IMG/VR virus record: IMGVR_UViG_2778261251_000022
Direction: 5' to 3' (one strand)
Source: a virus
Taxonomy: Duplodnaviria; Heunggongvirae; Uroviricota; Caudoviricetes
DNA: 13,585 nucleotides
The notes under the pieces are model-generated. The model did not search any database. It was not told where the DNA came from and was given only the letters and a program-made list of their open reading frames with translations. Each line of letters opens with the position of its first letter. The first letter of the stretch is position 1. Of this stretch, positions 7,968-13,585 are shown piece by piece. Made by a program: the position numbers and the translations under genes.

Positions 7968-7992
7968 CGTTACCTGACCCATTACCTGACCC
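7968..7992 (+). repeat. Tandem direct repeat TTACCTGACCC x2 upstream of integrase 2 (possible arm-type or regulatory site)
   Basis: cgTTACCTGACCCaTTACCTGACCCaaaatc read directly; copies at 7970-7980 and 7982-7992. Confidence 0.4.
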
Positions 7993-8039
7993 AAAATCAC
8001 GAGTTATTCTGATTGTTACTGGTTTAGAAAAGAGGTTCT

Positions 8040-9356
8040 ATGGCCGTCAATCTTACTGAAACAGCCATCCGAGCATTGAAAGCAAAAAAGACATCGTTCT
8101 ATGTCTGGAGCAACAGCTCTCAACGTGGCACTGGACGACTTGGTGTCAAAGTTCAGTCTTCTGGCAGCAAGATTTTCTATTTCCGCTATTACGTGGAAAA
8201 AGGGAAAAAAGAAAGATTCATTCAATTGGGTATATGGCCTGAGATGAAACTGGCCACAGCGAATGAACTGGCAAAAAAGTATGGTGCCTGGCTCATTGAA
8301 GGAAAGGATCCCCAGGCAGAACTGGAACGACAACAGTTTGCAGAACAGCAGCGGATACAACTCCATCAATCACAGGGCTCATTTGAAGCATTGATTCATG
8401 GTTATGTTAACAAAATGAAAATTGATAATAAGAGGACATGGCAGGATGTTCTGAAACGCCTTGAAAATGAATGCTATACAGTGATCCCCCGTGAAACTAA
8501 AGCTAAAGATGTGACTTCCGGACAGATTAAACATATCCTGGCCGGGATCATTCAGCGTGGTGCTGTGGTTCACTCTAACCGGATCCGTTCTTACCTGATG
8601 GCTGCATTTAACTATGGACTGAAAGCAGATAACGATCCGATGAACACAAGTGCAGGGATTACTTTTGGGCTGGAGGCAAATCCGGTGTCAGTGATACCGA
8701 AACAGTCATCTGCTGAAAAAGTCGGTGATACCTGGCTGACACTTGAAGAGTTGCGTTTTCTAATGGAACATTTTGCTGAAGCAACCAACGTTGGATTATT
8801 GATGCAACATTTGATCCGATTCTGTATCTATACCGGAGGGCAACGTCCCTTCGAAATGATCGCCAGTCAGTGGTGTGATGTTGATTTTCAACAAAAAACG
8901 CTGCTGGTGACTGCTGATGTCTCTAAAAATAAACGAGAGCATTTGATACCGTTGACTGAATCAGCATTACAGGAATTATCCTGTGTGCAGGAGTTAACAA
9001 AAGAAAAATCCAGCCCTTACATTTTTCCACTTTCGACTAATGGTAAGCGTCCGGTTCGTACGGACAGTCTGGCTCGCGCTATCATGTATTTCCGGGCTTT
9101 TAATCCTGACTTTAAAATTTTTACAGCACGTGACTTACGTCGGACCTGTAAAACGTTAATGGGAGAAGCTGGGATCAGTAAGGAAATCCGCGATCGTATT
9201 CAAAATCATGCGTTGAACGATGTCAGTTCAAAACATTATGATCGATACGATTATTTGCCAGAAAAACGCAGAGCACTTGAGATCTGGGAGGACCGGGTTA
9301 ATAACTATCAACAGCAAACAGGCAATAATGTTGTCAATCTGTTTGGCAGAAGGTGA
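8040..9356 (+). CDS. int: Tyrosine site-specific integrase (second, distinct from the one at 6334..7608)
   Basis: 438 aa. AAGAGG RBS 5 nt upstream of ATG. N-terminal FYFRYY arm-binding-type motif. C-terminal RDLRRT...IQNHALNDVSSKHYDRYDY (R, H, Y catalytic residues). Confidence 0.88.
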   Translation: MAVNLTETAIRALKAKKTSFYVWSNSSQRGTGRLGVKVQSSGSKIFYFRYYVEKGKKERFIQLGIWPEMKLATANELAKKYGAWLIEGKDPQAELERQQFAEQQRIQLHQSQGSFEALIHGYVNKMKIDNKRTWQDVLKRLENECYTVIPRETKAKDVTSGQIKHILAGIIQRGAVVHSNRIRSYLMAAFNYGLKADNDPMNTSAGITFGLEANPVSVIPKQSSAEKVGDTWLTLEELRFLMEHFAEATNVGLLMQHLIRFCIYTGGQRPFEMIASQWCDVDFQQKTLLVTADVSKNKREHLIPLTESALQELSCVQELTKEKSSPYIFPLSTNGKRPVRTDSLARAIMYFRAFNPDFKIFTARDLRRTCKTLMGEAGISKEIRDRIQNHALNDVSSKHYDRYDYLPEKRRALEIWEDRVNNYQQQTGNNVVNLFGRR

Positions 9357-9455
9357 GGGAGTTCCTGGTCGCTGTACGAATTGTGTACAATCGATGGGTA
9401 TTGTTGATGCACTTGGTTCTTGTATTGTTTACTATAATTATTGAGGTAAATTTTC

Positions 9456-10082
9456 GTGCCGGTATTACTCAGAGGGGATTCAAAAATGGCTGTAATTCCA
9501 ATGTCTTACTCCCCTGCTACTGTAGCTCGTCGTTTTTCGATACTGGATGGAGTAACTATTCAGGGCGTGCTTTACCAGATCATCTGGGATCCAAAGACTC
9601 CGTTTGCTGCGGTAATCGAAGCTGCACCTTCTGTTATTGATGGTGATGTTCGCCATAAGGTTGTTGCCACTCTGGAGCTTCAGCGTCGTCCCCGGCTTGA
9701 AGGCGTGTTTGTCCAGAAATTCTGGGAAGAACAGGATGTTGCTCAGATTGAAGGGATTGTTGTCGATGGCGCTGTACGTGATGTTGGTCTTGCAACGTTT
9801 GTTTATGAAACGATAGTCACAAAAGCGGGCGTTGTACTATTAAGTGATAACGAGCAATATGAAGGAGGTAAAGCTCTCTGGCAGCATATTGCGCGTCGTT
9901 CAACGAATCTGAAGGTGTTTATTTTAGATACTGATTCCGCACGGTATTACCCGTTTGATGGCGAACGGATCAGTTATGACGGGAAAAGCATCCCGGAATC
10001 AGAAATCTGGAGTGAACATCCTGAGCGAAACAGACACGCTGTCGTTCTTGTGGCTGAATCTGTTAATGGTAAAGCCGCATAA
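9456..10082 (+). CDS. Hypothetical protein (about 198-208 aa)
   Basis: ORF downstream of integrase 2. Two candidate starts: GTG 9456 (GAGGT 8 nt upstream) or ATG 9486 (GAGGGG 7 nt upstream). Followed by a hairpin terminator. No confident motif. Confidence 0.6.
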   Translation: MPVLLRGDSKMAVIPMSYSPATVARRFSILDGVTIQGVLYQIIWDPKTPFAAVIEAAPSVIDGDVRHKVVATLELQRRPRLEGVFVQKFWEEQDVAQIEGIVVDGAVRDVGLATFVYETIVTKAGVVLLSDNEQYEGGKALWQHIARRSTNLKVFILDTDSARYYPFDGERISYDGKSIPESEIWSEHPERNRHAVVLVAESVNGKAA

Positions 10083-10129
10083 TTTGCCGAGTGTCTCGTT
10101 TTTTGAGATCTTGCTGGAAAGTCTCCCTT

Positions 10130-10158
10130 GGGGATAGCGAACTGCTATCCCCTTTCTC
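10130..10158 (+). terminator. Hairpin terminator between convergent genes
   Basis: GGGGATAGC-GAACT-GCTATCCCC followed by TTTCTC on the plus strand. Sits between the stop of the plus-strand ORF (10082) and the stop of the minus-strand ORF (10165). Confidence 0.55.
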
Positions 10159-10164
10159 AGTGAG

Positions 10165-11769
10165 TTACTGTTCGACCAGACATTTTCCCCATAAAGGTCG
10201 TATCGAGTATCTATCTTCGCTATATGGATTTATTTTATTTTTTTCCCTCTGTGCTATCAGCAACGTGTCGATCTCATCCTTAATAATGTGTTGAACTGTT
10301 TGACGGTAACGGTTAAGCGAAGTGTCACTGATATCTTGTGGAAGTTGTAGACTGCCATCTGCCTTGACGAGTTCATTCACACCATCTTTAATTTTGCGTC
10401 CCTGACCATCAGGTATACCTTCATTCAGATCATAGCCTTTCAGTCCTGCAAGACGAATATTCACGTCAATCTTTTCTGTACGTTTCTTTTTGTTACTTAC
10501 CAACAGAATTTTATTGGCGTTATACCATTTTTCAAATGTTTCCAGTTGTTTCATGATGTTTGTGAAGTTATTCAGTTCGCTCCTGAATTCAATAGATTTT
10601 CTAATTTCACGCTCTTTTGCATCAATGTTTGTTCCTGGATAATTTATTTCCCTTTTTAACGGTTCTATGTATGCCTGTTGCAGGCAACCAGCAAGATTCA
10701 TTGCTGCATCCTGCAGGGTATTGGTATAAATCAGTTTCAGAAGTTCATCGCGCTGTATAGTGATTTGACAATAGTCTTTTTCCCATGCGGTGGTGTTTTC
10801 AATCGTGTCACTTTCATCGGAAATAATTGTTGTGAATTTCCAGGTGTAACGAATAAAATCATTTCCTTTAAAATATTGCACTAATTTATTTAACCATTCA
10901 TATATTTCCAGAGCATAAAGTTTAACGTATCCATCATATATTATCTTTGTTGCATTTTTGTTGGCTAGCGAAAACATTTTGTCCACGAATTCTGTACGCC
11001 CGATTGTTAGCAATTGTTTTCTAAGTTTACTCACATCGTTAGTATCTGGTTTCTCACAATTCCAGGGACTTTTGTATTCATTTTCAAAAGGAGAAAGCCA
11101 TTCAGGAATCTCTGTTTCTGAGTGATAGCAGTTGTTAATAGCCAAACCAAGGGTTCTGGCAAGTATCGCTGATTCATCAATTTGATGGTATCGGTTCAGT
11201 TGTTCCAGTAATTCTTTAGTACATGAGTGCGCAACAGAAAGATCCTGATGGCAATATCCTTGTCGAACCAGAGCGGGAAGTGGTGAGCAATGAGCTTTGC
11301 AATCTGTCAGAATATTGAACAAATCGTTTCTGACGAATTCTTCCATCTCAGGTGTTTTCCAGCCACCACTATTTTGGCCGACAAATTTTGCTGTTGGTTC
11401 CCTGTTCATATCTCCCCAGGTTTTCAGGCTGACGAGTCTGTTATCAAAACCATTGTATAAATGGCACATAACCTGAAAAGCAGCATACAGCTCTTTAGAT
11501 AGTGGATTATCGGTCTCACCTATGGAGTAGTCCTCTCTATTTTGCTCTAAAATATTTTGTAGTTTTGTGTTAGCGCGTAATGCCGAGAGAATCCGATGTT
11601 GTTCATCAAACCAGGGACGATATTCTGGATCCAGATACAATCTGCGTGCTTTGAAAATGAGTAGAAGCAACTGTTCGGAAACAGCTTCATGTATGTGGGG
11701 AAACGGCATGGAGGTGCCAGATAAAACACGATAGTACGGGTGGTTTGTTTTTACCTTTTTAGTTACCAT
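10165..11769 (-). CDS. Hypothetical protein (534 aa), AT-rich cargo gene of unknown function
   Basis: Long uninterrupted ORF in AT-rich DNA, which is statistically unlikely by chance. TAA stop at 10165..10167. Transcribed divergently from the AT-rich intergenic region it shares with the alpA-like gene. No canonical catalytic motif recognised. Confidence 0.75.
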   Translation of the reverse strand: MVTKKVKTNHPYYRVLSGTSMPFPHIHEAVSEQLLLLIFKARRLYLDPEYRPWFDEQHRILSALRANTKLQNILEQNREDYSIGETDNPLSKELYAAFQVMCHLYNGFDNRLVSLKTWGDMNREPTAKFVGQNSGGWKTPEMEEFVRNDLFNILTDCKAHCSPLPALVRQGYCHQDLSVAHSCTKELLEQLNRYHQIDESAILARTLGLAINNCYHSETEIPEWLSPFENEYKSPWNCEKPDTNDVSKLRKQLLTIGRTEFVDKMFSLANKNATKIIYDGYVKLYALEIYEWLNKLVQYFKGNDFIRYTWKFTTIISDESDTIENTTAWEKDYCQITIQRDELLKLIYTNTLQDAAMNLAGCLQQAYIEPLKREINYPGTNIDAKEREIRKSIEFRSELNNFTNIMKQLETFEKWYNANKILLVSNKKKRTEKIDVNIRLAGLKGYDLNEGIPDGQGRKIKDGVNELVKADGSLQLPQDISDTSLNRYRQTVQHIIKDEIDTLLIAQREKNKINPYSEDRYSIRPLWGKCLVEQ

Positions 11770-12548
11770 AATGTTAAATTCTTCCGTCTATTGCATAGCT
11801 GTTTCCAGTAGAGAAACTTGATACAGTCCTTTGTCAGGACATTGATACAGAGTTAACAGCCTCTACGAAATGGGAATCAGTTATGCAGTGGCATTATACG
11901 ATGCTGAATCTAATACGATATCCTTAGCGTTTATTCCTGATTTTTTTACGAGCATTCCCTTTTGTTGCATATTGCTCAGGACGTAAATGATTTTACGGTT
12001 ATAGCCCTCTACAGTCACGTCACTTTCATCTGAAAATATGTATCGTTTTCATTCAATTATTATCTTTTGTCTGCACTTTAGCTTTAGCAAGTTGGCAAAA
12101 ATCAACTCCCTCTTACAAGTTCTATTATCGCCAGAAGATAATTTTGTGAACTTCGTCACGTTTTCAAACTAATGTTGTGGGGGCTTTTCTGGGGAAAATT
12201 TTTGGTCACTACCCCTCCTCTTGATATCATAGATCATAACAAGATTTTTTTTGTTTTTGTCTGCATAAAATAACCTGCAAAGATTATGATTTTGGTTTTT
12301 ATTTTGTATATTAAAAAGTATTGTTTGAATTATTTTTATATTGTGACTTTCTTTGTTGTTATTGTGTTATTAGAAGTCAGTTAATTAAATCAATTCTCGC
12401 AATTTGATTTCTTGGTTGTGCAAATGTATTGTTTTGCTCGTGAGTTGCTGGTGCTGTTCAACAGCATACCACTACAGATAGATGTAGTGATTTGAGCAGC
12501 TCACATGCATATACAATCTGAAAATCATGAATGTATAAGGAGAGCAAT
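11770..12548. promoter_or_regulatory. Long AT-rich divergent intergenic region (probable divergent promoters for the 534-aa gene and the alpA-like gene)
   Basis: About 780 bp with no ORF of 60 aa or more. Very AT-rich with A/T tracts, typical of horizontally acquired promoter regions. Confidence 0.4.
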
Positions 12549-12776
12549 ATGTGGAAGCCGTTAAGAGATGAGAACCGTTTATCAATTTTGAAGATCTATG
12601 GATACACCTGTGACAGACTGGTACGAGAAGAGGAACGTCAGAACATTACGTCTATTTCTCGTTCACAAGCCTGGAAACTGGAACGTGAAGGAAAATTCCC
12701 GCCACGTAAAACTATTGGAAAGAAATCCTGTGGGTGGTTATTAAGTGATCTATTGTGGTGGATTAGTCAGTATTAA
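12549..12776 (+). CDS. AlpA-family-like small DNA-binding regulator (75 aa)
   Basis: ATG at 12549 preceded by AAGGAG (7-nt spacer); the upstream in-frame ATG at 12531 lacks an RBS. ...ITSISRSQAWKLEREGKFPPRKTIGKKSCGWLLSDLLWWI fits the AlpA-like HTH pattern. Confidence 0.6.
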   Translation: MWKPLRDENRLSILKIYGYTCDRLVREEERQNITSISRSQAWKLEREGKFPPRKTIGKKSCGWLLSDLLWWISQY

Positions 12777-12838
12777 CCTTATAGTATCAGAATAATATAT
12801 ATTTCTATATTTTAATTTTATAATTAAAAAGGAGTTTC

Positions 12839-13585
12839 ATGATGAAACGTGTCTCTTTCTCTCTTGCAGAAACATATGAAGCTGATGTAATTAAAAAGTA
12901 TCAGCATTTAAAAAAATGTTCATTTTCAGCAGCGATTAAAGAGTGTTTAAAGCTAGGGGCTCCTGTTTTAAACAGGATAAATGAAAATATTGCTGCTATA
13001 ACTGATATAGAGGATAAGCTACGTCAGTTTTTTAATGAGGAACCATTTGTGCAACGGACAAAGCCTGAAATAACAAAAGGAGAGTTTTTTCATAGCATTT
13101 ATAAATCGCATATCAAATATGAATATGATGTTCTCGATAGAAAGATATTTCCTCATGAAAGCACCAGAAATGCTATGGGAGTTGCAGAGAAAAAGGGAAT
13201 TAAAGAGAATGCGATCTTAATGCTGGAATATTATAAAGTTGAGAAGGCAATTTGTATTTACACGAACAGAAAAGTTTCCCATGCCCTGAATCGTGCAGGA
13301 GGGTTTTATAAAACCATTCTGATTAAAACCAGTGTTTTTGGGGATTATTTTTTTGACTTTTGCAATTCAGTTTGCCTGCCGATAGATGAATTGATTGAGT
13401 ATGGTACGAAAGAAACAGTGAGGCGACATCAGATTCGTAGTACAGGATTTTGTACTTTTCATATTCCGATTTTTTATATCAATAATAAGGCTGTAATAGT
13501 GCCTGTTCTGAGAACAGAGGAAGTTTCACAAAGTTCCAGAACAGGTGGAGATGTTATTATTATTAACCCATTTGAAGATGAATGA
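12839..13585 (+). CDS. Hypothetical protein (248 aa) with possible N-terminal ribbon-helix-helix fold
   Basis: Strong AAAAGGAG RBS. N-terminus KRVSFSLAETYEADVIKKYQHL...SFSAAIKECLKLG has a beta-strand/helix/helix pattern reminiscent of CopG/RHH. Stop codon is the last 3 nt of the window. Confidence 0.65.
   Translation: MMKRVSFSLAETYEADVIKKYQHLKKCSFSAAIKECLKLGAPVLNRINENIAAITDIEDKLRQFFNEEPFVQRTKPEITKGEFFHSIYKSHIKYEYDVLDRKIFPHESTRNAMGVAEKKGIKENAILMLEYYKVEKAICIYTNRKVSHALNRAGGFYKTILIKTSVFGDYFFDFCNSVCLPIDELIEYGTKETVRRHQIRSTGFCTFHIPIFYINNKAVIVPVLRTEEVSQSSRTGGDVIIINPFEDE

Noticed and set aside
8016-8369. 117-aa minus-strand ORF
   Set aside because: It is antisense within the 5' part of integrase 2, which has clear integrase motifs.
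11881-11970. 29-aa minus-strand ORF (MQQKGMLVKKSGINAKDIVLDSASYNATA) in the AT-rich intergenic region
   Set aside because: It has only a weak RBS, AT-rich DNA readily yields short ORFs, and there is no supporting motif.

Overview
The window reads as the junction of two integrase-bearing mobile elements in an enterobacterial-type genome, abutting a 47-nt 3' fragment of a tRNA (anticodon CAU, minus strand, 7797..7843). LEFT element (1..~7796, all genes on the minus strand, visibly GC-rich): a P4-satellite-like backbone with a tyrosine integrase, one unknown 292-aa cargo gene, an AlpA/Vis-family regulator, a ~425-bp structured leader, three small overlapping ORFs, a zinc-finger/Toprim primase, a P-loop helicase, and an iteron-type origin (about 12 copies of GTTCCCAC around an AT-rich core). 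It ends in a short degenerate copy of part of the helicase gene. RIGHT element (8040..13585, visibly AT-rich cargo): a second, different tyrosine integrase, an unknown ~200-aa ORF, a convergent unknown 534-aa ORF, a long AT-rich divergent promoter region, a second AlpA-like regulator and a 248-aa ORF with a possible ribbon-helix-helix N-terminus. No CRISPR array, rRNA or IS transposase was seen. The best candidates for an undescribed system are the unannotatable cargo genes sitting in the two mirrored int-cargo-alpA modules, above all the 534-aa protein at 10165..11769. All protein assignments come from motifs read by eye in the supplied translations; no database search was run.
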